From Nitrosopumilus sp. (GTDB taxonomy: Archaea > Thermoproteota > Nitrososphaeria > Nitrososphaerales > Nitrosopumilaceae): DNA of 64,000 nucleotides. The position numbers were made by a program, and so were the translations under genes. The notes under the pieces are model-generated. The model was not told the origin of the DNA. It ran no database searches and saw only the letters and a list, made by a program, of their open reading frames with translations. This document shows, one piece after another, positions 51,319-61,424 of this stretch. Each line of letters opens with the position of its first letter. The stretch's first letter is position 1. The stretch is taken from the NCBI GenBank assembly GCA_965205425.1, contig CBDBGZ010000005.1, positions 96,001 through 160,000 of the forward strand. Reading direction: 5' to 3'.

Positions 51319-51593
51319 ATGAAGAGAAAGTATGCTGTGTATGTCTTGAGCATAAGAGATTTCTTGGAAGAATTAATGGTGGAAGAAACTACTATTGTAC
51401 AAAATGTACTTCCAAAATTACCAAATCAGATATGAAATATTGGAAAGATTGTTCGTTTGTAGAGTTTCTGCAAAGCATGAATGATGAAAAACCAAAGAGA
51501 CCACATTCCCAAACTCCAATGGCTGATGGTCTAAGACGAGCATGGACTGAAATGGGTCTAGATACAAAAAAGAATTTTGAAAAAGAAGAATGA
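51315..51593 (+). CDS. 92-aa zinc-finger protein
   Basis: CCVC...YCTKC; ATGA overlap. Confidence 0.75.
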   Translation: MNEEKVCCVCLEHKRFLGRINGGRNYYCTKCTSKITKSDMKYWKDCSFVEFLQSMNDEKPKRPHSQTPMADGLRRAWTEMGLDTKKNFEKEE

Positions 51594-51642
51594 GATATTC
51601 CTCAATAGAATAATTAAAAATACTGATAGTAGAGAATAGATT

Positions 51643-52284
51643 GTGAAACTAGTAAAAATTGCCGAAGATTTTGCAAAAAAGAAACACAAAGAACAAGTTA
51701 GAAAAGACGGCATTACACCATATTCAAAACATTTGGAAAAGGTAGTAAATGAACTCAAAAGTATGGGCATAACTGATGACAATATTCTCTGTACAGGATG
51801 GCTTCACGATACAATAGAGGATACAGACACGGATTATGATGAAATTTATGAAAAATTTAACAAGAAAATTGCAGATTATGTGGCATTAGTTACAAAAGAT
51901 ACTAGATTGGTAAAGGCAAAACAAGAAAAAGAATACATTTCTCAACTGAAAAAAGCATCTTGGCAAGCCAAAGTTGTAAAACTAGGAGACATTATTGCAA
52001 ATTTCAAAGATCTTCCAAATGCAAAATATGATGCAAATGTAGAAAAAAATAAAGTAAAAAAGAAAATTCCATATATTTTGGCAATCAAATCTGGAATTAG
52101 TCATAACAAAAAGAAAATTCCACAGTTAGAAACAGCGCTATTCAAGCTTGAGCAATTCCCCCTATCACTCCCCATAGGTCATCATCTTTTGCCATACGTA
52201 AAGTATGAATCTATGAATAAAAGCCTTAGGGGGTTAATTATTGATAAATTTCAAAATATTCATAAGCATATCAGGCACAAATAA
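51643..52284 (+). CDS. small alarmone hydrolase (Mesh1/SpoT-type HD domain)
   Basis: H..Q.RKDG.TPY..H, LHDTIEDT, VKLGD..AN. Confidence 0.85.
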   Translation: MKLVKIAEDFAKKKHKEQVRKDGITPYSKHLEKVVNELKSMGITDDNILCTGWLHDTIEDTDTDYDEIYEKFNKKIADYVALVTKDTRLVKAKQEKEYISQLKKASWQAKVVKLGDIIANFKDLPNAKYDANVEKNKVKKKIPYILAIKSGISHNKKKIPQLETALFKLEQFPLSLPIGHHLLPYVKYESMNKSLRGLIIDKFQNIHKHIRHK

Positions 52285-52287
52285 GGC

Positions 52288-53091
52288 ATGTTGGAGAAAG
52301 TAAAAGAATCAAAATTTTGTTTTATTATTTCCCACATAGGAGATCGAGATAGTCCTGAACGATTAGATGCAGATAAAAAATTGAAACATATCTTTAATCC
52401 AATTTTTAGAGAATTAAATTATGAAACAAAAAGATCAGATGAAGAAGCCACAGCAGGATTTATTTCAACTCAAATTATTAAAAGATTAATCGAGTCAAAT
52501 TTGGTCATAGCAGATATTTCATTTGAAAATGCAAATGTGTTTTATGAACTAGCAGTTAGACATGCAGTAAAAAAACCAGTCATCATAATAAAAAAACCAA
52601 ATCAAAGACCACCTTTTGACATTACAGATTTACGCGCAATAGATGTGGATATGAAAGACCCAGATGTTTGGCAACCAGCAATGAAACAACTTAAAGAATA
52701 TATCATAGAATCAGAAAAAAATTCTGAAAAAGCTTCAGAGTCAATTTTAAGTAATTTTATGGCATCATTTAATCTACAAAGCCATCAAGATAAAGAAAGC
52801 GACACATTAAGAATAGTAAAAGATGTTCAATCTCAAATGAATAGATTGAGTCACGATATAGAGGATGTCAAACATAGTAATGTAGAACCTAACTGGTTAT
52901 CATCTTCGGATACCATTAGAGATAGAAGTAAAATTCGTGTTGGCAATTCATATTATATTGTGAAATGTAAAAGATGTAACCAATTTTTCCATCCAAAATA
53001 CAATTCACCTTGGAATGAAGAATATACTGAAAGATGCACACATTGTGGAAGTCAAGCGAAATATGGTAGAAACGCCTATTTTGAATCATGA
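52288..53091 (+). CDS. nucleoside 2-deoxyribosyltransferase/TIR-like domain + coiled coil + zinc ribbon
   Basis: CFIIS.IG, RSDE, VIADIS..NANVFYELAVRH, PFDI; CKRC...CTHCG. Confidence 0.8.
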   Translation: MLEKVKESKFCFIISHIGDRDSPERLDADKKLKHIFNPIFRELNYETKRSDEEATAGFISTQIIKRLIESNLVIADISFENANVFYELAVRHAVKKPVIIIKKPNQRPPFDITDLRAIDVDMKDPDVWQPAMKQLKEYIIESEKNSEKASESILSNFMASFNLQSHQDKESDTLRIVKDVQSQMNRLSHDIEDVKHSNVEPNWLSSSDTIRDRSKIRVGNSYYIVKCKRCNQFFHPKYNSPWNEEYTERCTHCGSQAKYGRNAYFES

Positions 53092-53208
53092 TTTTTAGAA
53101 TTTACAATAGAAATAAAGTCAAATTATGAAGAAATTAGTGTATTTTTCCAACCCTAACCAATGGTTCTAAGATTTCAATTTAATAACTAGTCAATCTAAT
53201 TTTAAAAA

Positions 53209-53739
53209 ATGCCTCAAACTGAAGCAAGAAAGACACTCAAAGATGCCCCAATCATGTGGAGAAGAATTAACTCTATAGGCATGATTTTGGACTGTAATTC
53301 AACATATGCAGTAAATCTAGGATATGCCAAGTCAGAGATCCTAGGAAAACCAATCTTCGAACACGTTCCAAAAGAATCCTGGGAAGACATGAATAATTCT
53401 CTAAAAATCTGGTTTGAAACAGGCAAAGTTACAGATAGAAAAATTACATTCAAAAAACAAAACAACAGTACATTCTCAGTGTTATTACAAGCAACCAGCC
53501 TGTATGACGAAAACAAGAATTTACTTGGAAGTAATACCGTAATATTTGATTTAGACCAAATGACTGATGAAAAAATTAAAGAATACCAAGAATTTTTCAA
53601 AGAATCAAACAAAAGATTAGAAGAGATTAAAGAAAAAGAATATGATCAACTAGATGAAAATTCAAAATCAGAATATGACGGATTAAAAGAAATGTTTGAA
53701 ATGCTATCTAATATCAATTTAGATGAATTGAAAAAATAA
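53209..53739 (+). CDS. PAS domain protein
   Basis: G.ILDCN......LGY.KSEILGKP, D...NLLG. Confidence 0.85.
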   Translation: MPQTEARKTLKDAPIMWRRINSIGMILDCNSTYAVNLGYAKSEILGKPIFEHVPKESWEDMNNSLKIWFETGKVTDRKITFKKQNNSTFSVLLQATSLYDENKNLLGSNTVIFDLDQMTDEKIKEYQEFFKESNKRLEEIKEKEYDQLDENSKSEYDGLKEMFEMLSNINLDELKK

Positions 53740-53744
53740 TTATT

Positions 53745-55658
53745 TTAATTTTCTTTTATTGATTTTTGAAGTTCATCAAAAACTTGTTTAACTTCAGTAA
53801 CAGCAGTACCATCTTCTAATGTACTAACATCACCAATTTGTTCATTATTTCCAATTGATTTTAGCAATCTTCTCATAATTTTCCCACTTCGAGTTTTTGG
53901 CAATTTTGAAACAAAGTAGATTTGTTTAGGAGTAGCAATAGCGCCAATGTCTGCTCGAATTTTTTCAACTAGTTGATTTTCTAAATTATTTGAGTCATTC
54001 ACAATACCTTGTTTTAAAACTACAAATGCAATTATCACTTCACCTTTAATTTCATCAGGAATTCCACAAGCTGCAGATTCAGCAACATCAGGATGAGAGA
54101 CCATACAACTTTCAAGCTCTGCAGTTCCAATTCTATGACCTGCAATTTTTAGTACATCATCAGCACGACCCAATAACCAAAGATATCCATCAGTATCTTT
54201 TAGAGCATAATCTCCAGGATAGTAACAATTTTCATATTTTGACCAATAGACAGTCTTGTATTTTGAATCATCATTCCACAACGTCAAAAGCATTCCAGGC
54301 CAAGGGTTTTTGACTACCAAATATCCCTTAGTATTTGCAGCAACTTCATCACCATTTTCATCAACTACAGTGATATTTACGCCTGGGATTGGACGTGTTC
54401 CAGATCCAGGCTTTAGAGGAATGGTCTCAATTCCAGGAAGAGATGAAATCAACATACCACCAGTTTCAGTTTGCCACCAAGTGTCAATGATGGGGCATTT
54501 TTCTTTTCCAATAGTTTTGAAATACCATTTCCAAACTTCAGGATTAATTGGTTCTCCAACAGTTCCAAGTAATCGTAAACTTGAAAGATCAAAAGAGTTT
54601 GGAATATCATCTCCAAATTTCATAAACATTCTCAAAGCAGTAGGAGTAGTGTAAAAGATTGTAACTTTGTATTTTTGTAATATATCCCACATTCTGGATG
54701 CATCTGGAAAATCAGGTGCCCCCTCATACATTACTTGAGTTGCACCATGAAGAAATGGAGCATACACCACATAGCTATGTCCAGTAACCCAACCAATATC
54801 AGCTGTACAAAAAAAGATGTCTGAATCTTTAATGTCAAAAGCCCATTTGAATGTAGAATGTAAATGAGTAAGATATCCTCCAGTACCATGCAATACACCT
54901 TTTGGTTTTCCAGTTGTTCCAGAAGTATACAAAATGTAAAGAGGGTGATTACTGGGTAATTTTTCAGCAGGGCATGAATCAGAAACATCATTCATTAATT
55001 TAGACCAAAATTGATCTTTGGATGTCATTGAAATTTTATTTTTTGTTCGCTCAAGAACAACTACATGTTTTACAAAATCAAGTTCTTTAATTGCATCATC
55101 AACTACATCTTTGAGTGGAACAATTTTTCCTCTCCTATATCCACCATCAGCAGTAATGATGACTTGGGATTTTGAATCAGAAACTCTATCTTTAATTGAT
55201 GTTGCACTAAATCCAGAAAAAATCACAGTATGCGTAGCACCAATTCTAGCACATGCCAACATGGCAATTGGTAATTCTGGAACCATTGGCAGATAAATTG
55301 TTACTCTATTACCTTTTTGGACACCAAGAGATTTGAGGACATTTGCGAATTTTTGGACTTGAGTAAACATTTCGTCATATGAGATATTTCGAGAATCACC
55401 ATTTTCACCTTCCCATAAAATAGCAGATTTTGAAGATTTTGTCTTCTGATGAATATCCAGAGCATTATACGAGGCGTTAATCGTGCCTCCAACGAACCAT
55501 TTTGCAAATGGGGGATTCCAATCGAGGGTTTTGTCCCAGGTAGAAAACCACGACAAATTCTTTGCCTGCTCATCCCAAAAAGATTTAAAATCAGAATCGG
55601 CCTTTTTTCTTAAATTATTGTCATTATTTCCTAGTCCAATTTCAAATATCTCAGACAT
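53745..55658 (-). CDS. acs: acetyl-CoA synthetase (AMP-forming)
   Basis: YTSGTTGKPKG, WWQTETGG, LPKTRSGKIMRR. Confidence 0.96.
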   Translation of the reverse strand: MSEIFEIGLGNNDNNLRKKADSDFKSFWDEQAKNLSWFSTWDKTLDWNPPFAKWFVGGTINASYNALDIHQKTKSSKSAILWEGENGDSRNISYDEMFTQVQKFANVLKSLGVQKGNRVTIYLPMVPELPIAMLACARIGATHTVIFSGFSATSIKDRVSDSKSQVIITADGGYRRGKIVPLKDVVDDAIKELDFVKHVVVLERTKNKISMTSKDQFWSKLMNDVSDSCPAEKLPSNHPLYILYTSGTTGKPKGVLHGTGGYLTHLHSTFKWAFDIKDSDIFFCTADIGWVTGHSYVVYAPFLHGATQVMYEGAPDFPDASRMWDILQKYKVTIFYTTPTALRMFMKFGDDIPNSFDLSSLRLLGTVGEPINPEVWKWYFKTIGKEKCPIIDTWWQTETGGMLISSLPGIETIPLKPGSGTRPIPGVNITVVDENGDEVAANTKGYLVVKNPWPGMLLTLWNDDSKYKTVYWSKYENCYYPGDYALKDTDGYLWLLGRADDVLKIAGHRIGTAELESCMVSHPDVAESAACGIPDEIKGEVIIAFVVLKQGIVNDSNNLENQLVEKIRADIGAIATPKQIYFVSKLPKTRSGKIMRRLLKSIGNNEQIGDVSTLEDGTAVTEVKQVFDELQKSIKEN

Positions 55659-55713
55659 CAAAAAGTGTATGAAGTTAGATCTTTCTAAGTGTTAAAAAAA
55701 TAATTTAAAAAAA

Positions 55714-56595
55714 TTATTGTGCTTCCATTCTAGCAAGCCAATCGTTATCATTGTCGTCTTTTGAAGTATCTGCGGTCACCTGTTGGGGTGGTTCTGGAAA
55801 TGCAAATGTTACCTCAGGTTCTGTTGGAGGCTCCGGTATATGGGTACTTGGTGCCTCAATTGGTTCTGAAGGTATTGGTGTTGATTCGACTGGTACTTCT
55901 GGAAGTATTGTCTGAACTACTTGTTGTTCGTGTTCAGAAGTCTCCAGATATGAACGGGCTGATTCTTGGATGTCTGGTGTTGGAGGGGCTGTTATCTCTT
56001 GCACTTCCAATTCAAGATCTGCAATTCTACTCTTTACATTTGCGATTTCTGCGGTTTCGTGAGTTACATGCTCAATTACCTCAGTTGTGCATGATTTCAC
56101 AGTTTCAAATGTTGCATCAGAGATTTCATTGCTCTTGTATTGTACTTTTGCATCAAACGATAACATTTTTGCAGACTTCATTTGATCATTTAGCTCAGTC
56201 AATCTTGCCTCAAGAATTGCTTTGATTTCATGTTCTGTTTCATCTAATGATACAAGTTTTGACTTGTATTTTTCATGAATGATTTCTGCATCTGCTTTCA
56301 TGTCATCATTTTCTGAAACTATGTCAATCAATGCTTTTAATCGACGTAGAGTTAATTGTTTTTCTCGAATGAGTCTTTGTGAGTCTAGTCTCCATTTTGG
56401 AATGAATATAACAACTTCGCCTTGAGCTACTAATTGTTCATATTGGATTTGCTGTAATCCTTGTGAACCGCAGTCAATGCCAACGGATTGTATACTTCCG
56501 TCGATATCAGTTATTGTTCCTACGACTTTACCCATGAATGTTCCGTACATGTCTTTGACATTTTTACCGATAATTTCGATATCGTCGTTTGTCAT
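55714..56595 (-). CDS. cdvA: cell division protein CdvA
   Basis: N-terminal PRC barrel (IGKNVKDMYG), coiled coil, Pro/Glu-rich tail. Confidence 0.85.
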   Translation of the reverse strand: MTNDDIEIIGKNVKDMYGTFMGKVVGTITDIDGSIQSVGIDCGSQGLQQIQYEQLVAQGEVVIFIPKWRLDSQRLIREKQLTLRRLKALIDIVSENDDMKADAEIIHEKYKSKLVSLDETEHEIKAILEARLTELNDQMKSAKMLSFDAKVQYKSNEISDATFETVKSCTTEVIEHVTHETAEIANVKSRIADLELEVQEITAPPTPDIQESARSYLETSEHEQQVVQTILPEVPVESTPIPSEPIEAPSTHIPEPPTEPEVTFAFPEPPQQVTADTSKDDNDNDWLARMEAQ

Positions 56596-56728
56596 GTGTG
56601 ATAGTTTAGAGATTTGTATAACCGACAAAGTGTAAGAAATGTTTTTAGTTTTAGTAAGATTAAATTCACAAACTCAAAATCGGCTAATTTTTAGTAATTT
56701 TAAAATCTAGAGACAAAATAGTAGGCTC

Positions 56729-57022
56729 ATGATTCAAAAAGAAGAACTTGAACAAATTTTGAATTTTGTTGCAAGCAGATGGACTGAAGCTACCAAGGAC
56801 CCAAACAATAAAGCTATGGAGACATTACCAAATGATTTTTGGATGAATTCAATTGGCGGAAAAACTGCCAAAAAAGGCTATTGGGTTACAACATTGATGT
56901 ATACTGAAAAAGAGGAAGATGCTGAATCTTTCAAACAGGTATTACTTCGATGGCAAGCAAAAGGTCAAGACAAAGACAGAGACAAAGGCCCCGATCTAAT
57001 TCAAATTGGAAAGAAGAAATAG
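56729..57022 (+). CDS. hypothetical protein
   Basis: 97-aa ORF. Confidence 0.7.
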   Translation: MIQKEELEQILNFVASRWTEATKDPNNKAMETLPNDFWMNSIGGKTAKKGYWVTTLMYTEKEEDAESFKQVLLRWQAKGQDKDRDKGPDLIQIGKKK

Positions 57023-57054
57023 ACTATTAATAATTGTGAATCAACAGAACGTTA

Positions 57055-58695
57055 TTGTCTGAATTCTCAATTAAAGAAAAAAAGATTCTATCAGATCACT
57101 TTTCAAATACTGAAGGTAATGTCTTTGCAATAATTACTCCACGACAAGTTGATCGTGGCGCATTGATGTCACGATATAGTCGAACAGACAAAAGTATGAG
57201 ACGAATATTTCTTGATGAATTTTTGCAAAACAAAAGTAGGGGCGAGGAATTTTACAACAGAGTGCTTTTAGAATATGGGGATGATTCTGTTGCAGAATTA
57301 GGTGAAGCACAAATTGCAATTGAAGGATTGTCAAACATTGCAGTAAAAAAAATTGAAGACAGAAGAATTGGATTATCCTATTTAGAAAAATCATCAAGAT
57401 ATGTTGCATGGAATAAAAAAGAAAATGGCAAATACAGATTTTATAGAGATCCTGAAATTATGAAATCAAAATATGCAGACATGTATGAAGATAGTTGTAA
57501 TTTTTCATTTGACATTTATTCAAAAAACATAGAACCAATGGTAACTTATGTTAGAGAAAAATATCCAATAGAAAAATATAGTTTTAAAGATTCCAAAGAT
57601 GGAAAAGAAAAATTATTTTCTAAATTGAAAAATGAACTAGACATTAAATCAGCAAACATGATTTATCGAGGTTCAACAAAAGCTAAAGCTCTAGATATCC
57701 TAAGAGGATTATTACCAGCATCAACATTAACAAATGTAGGAATTACTGGAAACGGACGGGCATTTGAATATCTTTTAACAGTTCTAGGCTCATCTGAGCT
57801 AAAAGAAGAGCAAGAATTAGCCTCAAAAATCAAAAAAGAACTTGACACCACAATCAAATCATTTGTTAGGAGAGCTGATGACAAGTATGGAAGAGCATTT
57901 CAAAAATATCTCAAAGACATTAAGAATAAATCAAAAGCAATTACTGCAAAAGAAATCAAATCGAATCCAAAAAAAGGAACAATTACAAAACTTGTAGATT
58001 ACGAATCAGAAAAAAATTCTATTGATAAAATTATTACAAGCATTATGTATGAGCAATCACCTAGCACATCTTATCAAAATATTTTCCAACAAGTGAAAAA
58101 AATCTCAAAAGAAAAGAAAATCAAAACAATCAATGAATTTACAAAAATTCGTACAAACAGACGTCATAGACCATCAAGAGCATTTGAAAATATCTACTAT
58201 ACCTTTGACTTGTGTAATAATTATGGAATGTTTAGAGACTTTCACAGACACAGGACATTAACTCTTGAAAGACAACTACTAACAACAGATCATGGTTACA
58301 ATATGCCAAATGAAATTAAGATTCTTGGGATTGAAAAAGATTTCAAAGACTGTATGAATAAAACTAAAGAAACATTTGATAAAATTAGAACAAAATATCC
58401 AGAACAAGGACAATATGTTGTAAACTTTGGATACAATTATCCATATTTTATGAAATTCAACTTAAGAGAAGCTTGTCATTTAATTGAATTGAGAACAGTT
58501 CCACAAGGACATGTGGATTACAGAAGAGTAGCACAACAAATGTTTAATCAAATTAACAAAGTTCATCCAAATCTAAGTAAAATTATGAAATATGTTGACA
58601 TGAAAGAATATGATTTAGAAAGGTTTGAATCAGAAAAAAGAACCGAAGAAAAAAGAAAAAAGCTAAAAAAAATAGAAAAATATTCTAATATTTGA
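57055..58695 (+). CDS. thyX: FAD-dependent thymidylate synthase (tandem-domain ThyX)
   Basis: [21 protein letters not shown]. Confidence 0.9.
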   Translation: MSEFSIKEKKILSDHFSNTEGNVFAIITPRQVDRGALMSRYSRTDKSMRRIFLDEFLQNKSRGEEFYNRVLLEYGDDSVAELGEAQIAIEGLSNIAVKKIEDRRIGLSYLEKSSRYVAWNKKENGKYRFYRDPEIMKSKYADMYEDSCNFSFDIYSKNIEPMVTYVREKYPIEKYSFKDSKDGKEKLFSKLKNELDIKSANMIYRGSTKAKALDILRGLLPASTLTNVGITGNGRAFEYLLTVLGSSELKEEQELASKIKKELDTTIKSFVRRADDKYGRAFQKYLKDIKNKSKAITAKEIKSNPKKGTITKLVDYESEKNSIDKIITSIMYEQSPSTSYQNIFQQVKKISKEKKIKTINEFTKIRTNRRHRPSRAFENIYYTFDLCNNYGMFRDFHRHRTLTLERQLLTTDHGYNMPNEIKILGIEKDFKDCMNKTKETFDKIRTKYPEQGQYVVNFGYNYPYFMKFNLREACHLIELRTVPQGHVDYRRVAQQMFNQINKVHPNLSKIMKYVDMKEYDLERFESEKRTEEKRKKLKKIEKYSNI

Positions 58696-58711
58696 AAGAG
58701 TGAAAAGTAAC

Positions 58712-59113
58712 ATGACAGAAAAAATTGAAAAAAGTACTGAAGAATGGAAAGAACAGTTAACCCCAGATCAATATGAAATTTGTATCAATCATGGAACAGA
58801 GCCACCATTTTCTGGAAAATACAACGATACCAAACTTGAAGGAAATTTCAAATGCACATGTTGCGGAGAAGAACTTTTTTCATCAGATTCAAAGTTTGAT
58901 TCAGGTTCAGGTTGGCCAAGTTTTTGGAAACCGATATCTGAAGATAAAATCGAATACATTTCAGATACAACTTATGGCATGACTCGTACTGAAGTAAACT
59001 GTAACAAATGTGGAGCACATCTGGGTCATGTGTTTGATGATGGTCCAAAGCCTACAAATGAAAGATATTGTATCAATTCTATTTCATTGCAACATGAAAA
59101 AGATGAAAAATGA
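58712..59113 (+). CDS. msrB: peptide methionine sulfoxide reductase MsrB
   Basis: GTEPPFSG, SGSGWPSF, HLGHVFDDGP, RYCINS. Confidence 0.97.
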   Translation: MTEKIEKSTEEWKEQLTPDQYEICINHGTEPPFSGKYNDTKLEGNFKCTCCGEELFSSDSKFDSGSGWPSFWKPISEDKIEYISDTTYGMTRTEVNCNKCGAHLGHVFDDGPKPTNERYCINSISLQHEKDEK

Positions 59114-59232
59114 TAGTCACAAAATAATTAAAGATATGAATTCAAAAATATTTAATAAAACGCAATTAATCATAAGAAAATCAAGAGAAATAAAATGAAC
59201 CACAAAAATACTTTGAAAAGGAAAGAACTGAT

Positions 59233-60243
59233 TTGAGAATAATATTGTGTGGATTTGGGGTAGTTGGTCAAAGCTTAATCAAATTATTTGATTCCAGATC
59301 AGAGGATCTTTATGCAAAATATGGATTAAAACCAAGAGTTGTGGGTGTATTTGATAGTAAAGGAAGTGCAGTCAACAAATCAGGATTGAATTTTAACAAA
59401 TTAATTGATGTGAAGAAAAAATTTGGGACGGTAAAAAATTATGCAGATACTCAAAATTCAATGTCAGGAGTAGAGATGTTGAAAAATGTAGAAGCTGATG
59501 TACTCATTGAGACTACTGCAAGCAATTACAAAGATGCAGAACCAGGAATGACTCACATCACCACGGCCATGAAACAAGGAATGCACGTGATTTCAGTAAA
59601 CAAAGGACCATTGGCTTTAGCATTTCCATCATTACTAGAACTAGCCACATACAATCAAGTTATGTTGAAATTTAGTGGAACAGTTGGGGGAGGAACACCA
59701 ATTCTAGATTATGCTAAAGATAGCCTAAGTGGTGAAAGAATTACATCATTTGCAGGAATTCTCAACGGCACTACAAATTACATTTTAACAAATATGGGAA
59801 CAGGTGTATCATATGAGGAAGCACTAAAAGATGCAAAAGACAAAGGATACGTAGAAGCTGATGAGGCTTTAGATTTAGATGGATTAGATGCAGCAGCAAA
59901 ACTAGTCATTTTAGCTAATTGGATTATGGGGATGAAAGTGACTTTGCCAGATATCAATTGTACAGGAATTCGTAAAGTTACATTAGAGGATATCAAAAAA
60001 GCTGCTAAAAATAATTGTGCAATAAAATTAATCGCATCTTGCAACAAAGAACTGGTTGTAGGTCCAAAAGAAGTATCAAATGATGATCCTCTATGCGTTA
60101 ATGGAACACTAAATGCAATTGCCTTTACTTCAGAGCATTCAGGCACTCAAACAATTATCGGTAAAGGTGCAGGAGGCATGGAAACAGCTAGTTCAATTCT
60201 AAGAGACTTGCTAGACATCAGACAAGAGATTGCAAGAGATTGA
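59233..60243 (+). CDS. hom: homoserine dehydrogenase
   Basis: GFGVVG, NKGP, GILNGTTNYIL, GKGAGG.ETAS. Confidence 0.95.
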   Translation: MRIILCGFGVVGQSLIKLFDSRSEDLYAKYGLKPRVVGVFDSKGSAVNKSGLNFNKLIDVKKKFGTVKNYADTQNSMSGVEMLKNVEADVLIETTASNYKDAEPGMTHITTAMKQGMHVISVNKGPLALAFPSLLELATYNQVMLKFSGTVGGGTPILDYAKDSLSGERITSFAGILNGTTNYILTNMGTGVSYEEALKDAKDKGYVEADEALDLDGLDAAAKLVILANWIMGMKVTLPDINCTGIRKVTLEDIKKAAKNNCAIKLIASCNKELVVGPKEVSNDDPLCVNGTLNAIAFTSEHSGTQTIIGKGAGGMETASSILRDLLDIRQEIARD

Positions 60244-60716
60244 AATCTAATTTAATTTCAAAAAGTGAAACATCTGCACTTTTAAAAACAGTTTCAGAGA
60301 GATGGGGAATTGAATTTCCTAAAATGAAAAATGTTAAAGTTCATCAAATTTTAGATGATGCACAAATAATTACAGGTGATGGAATAAAAATACTAAAAGT
60401 AGAAGACGATTATCTGCCATTTTTATCAGAAACTGAAATGTTAGAAAAATTTCCTGCAGTTACAGTAGATATGGGTGCAATCAAATTCATGTGCAAAGGT
60501 GCAAATTTGATGAGACCGGGAATTAAAGAATTCTCAGAATTTGAAAAAGACAAACTAGTTTGTATTGTAGAAGAATCTCAACATAAATTCTTAGCAGTAG
60601 GTAAATCACTAGTAGCAAGTTCAGAACTAGAAAATATGGAGAAAGGGGAAGTGATTAAAAATATCCATTATATTTCAGACAGATTCTGGGAAACAGGTAA
60701 AACAATCTACGATTAA
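60240..60716 (+). CDS. PUA-domain RNA-binding protein
   Basis: VDMGA.KFMCKGANLMRPGI. Confidence 0.9.
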   Translation: MKSNLISKSETSALLKTVSERWGIEFPKMKNVKVHQILDDAQIITGDGIKILKVEDDYLPFLSETEMLEKFPAVTVDMGAIKFMCKGANLMRPGIKEFSEFEKDKLVCIVEESQHKFLAVGKSLVASSELENMEKGEVIKNIHYISDRFWETGKTIYD

Positions 60717-60744
60717 AATTAAATTTTTAAAATTAAGAATTTAG

Positions 60745-61341
60745 TTATTTGATTTCTTCAGTAAATTCTTCAGTACCATCTTTTGTAATAACTAGTACAT
60801 CCAAGCCATCACCACTTGCAGAATCTCTAAGTGCTGCTGAACGGACTGCACGTTTTGCCAAATCAATTGCTTCGTCTTTACTCATGTTTGGTTTGAATTG
60901 AGGGTCTAAGACACCTAATGCCATTTCAGCTCCAGTTCCTACTGCAGCATATTCATCAGGAAGTACTGAACCTAATGGGTCCAGAGTATACATGACTGGT
61001 TTGTCAACAACACCACCAACAATTACCTGAGTCAATAATGGGAAGTATCTTCGTTCATACATCATATTTGACATCATTTTAGCAACAGTGTTTGGAGGAA
61101 CATCTCTTTTGAGTTCCATTTTTCTAATTTTAGCTAAAGCAGAAATCTGTAAAGATAGAATTTGCATATCGGCTACAAGACCAGCGCAAGTTGCACCAAC
61201 TTTTTGTGTAATTGGAAATGTTTTCTTTGTGGATTTACTTACAAGAAAGTTTCCAAATGCGATCCTTTTTTCACTAGCAAAAACTACACCACCATCAAAA
61301 GTAATTCCAACAGCAGTTGCTCCTGGCATATACATTGACAT
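60745..61341 (-). CDS. psmB: proteasome beta subunit (lacks the N-terminal catalytic Thr context)
   Basis: GATAVGI, DPLGS, RDSASGDG. Confidence 0.93.
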   Translation of the reverse strand: MSMYMPGATAVGITFDGGVVFASEKRIAFGNFLVSKSTKKTFPITQKVGATCAGLVADMQILSLQISALAKIRKMELKRDVPPNTVAKMMSNMMYERRYFPLLTQVIVGGVVDKPVMYTLDPLGSVLPDEYAAVGTGAEMALGVLDPQFKPNMSKDEAIDLAKRAVRSAALRDSASGDGLDVLVITKDGTEEFTEEIK

Positions 61342-61424
61342 ATTTCAAATAATTTTACCGCATAATAAAGGGCTTTCTACATTTGACGAGTAATTTATGA
61401 GCAAAATAATTATACTGAAAATCA

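Noticed and set aside
47746..53157. Shared CAACCCTAA near 47750 and 53149 as att sites
   Set aside because: Too short to exceed chance, and the flanks differ
60745..61341. Defective proteasome beta subunit
   Set aside because: A non-catalytic beta paralogue is normal in archaea with two beta genes
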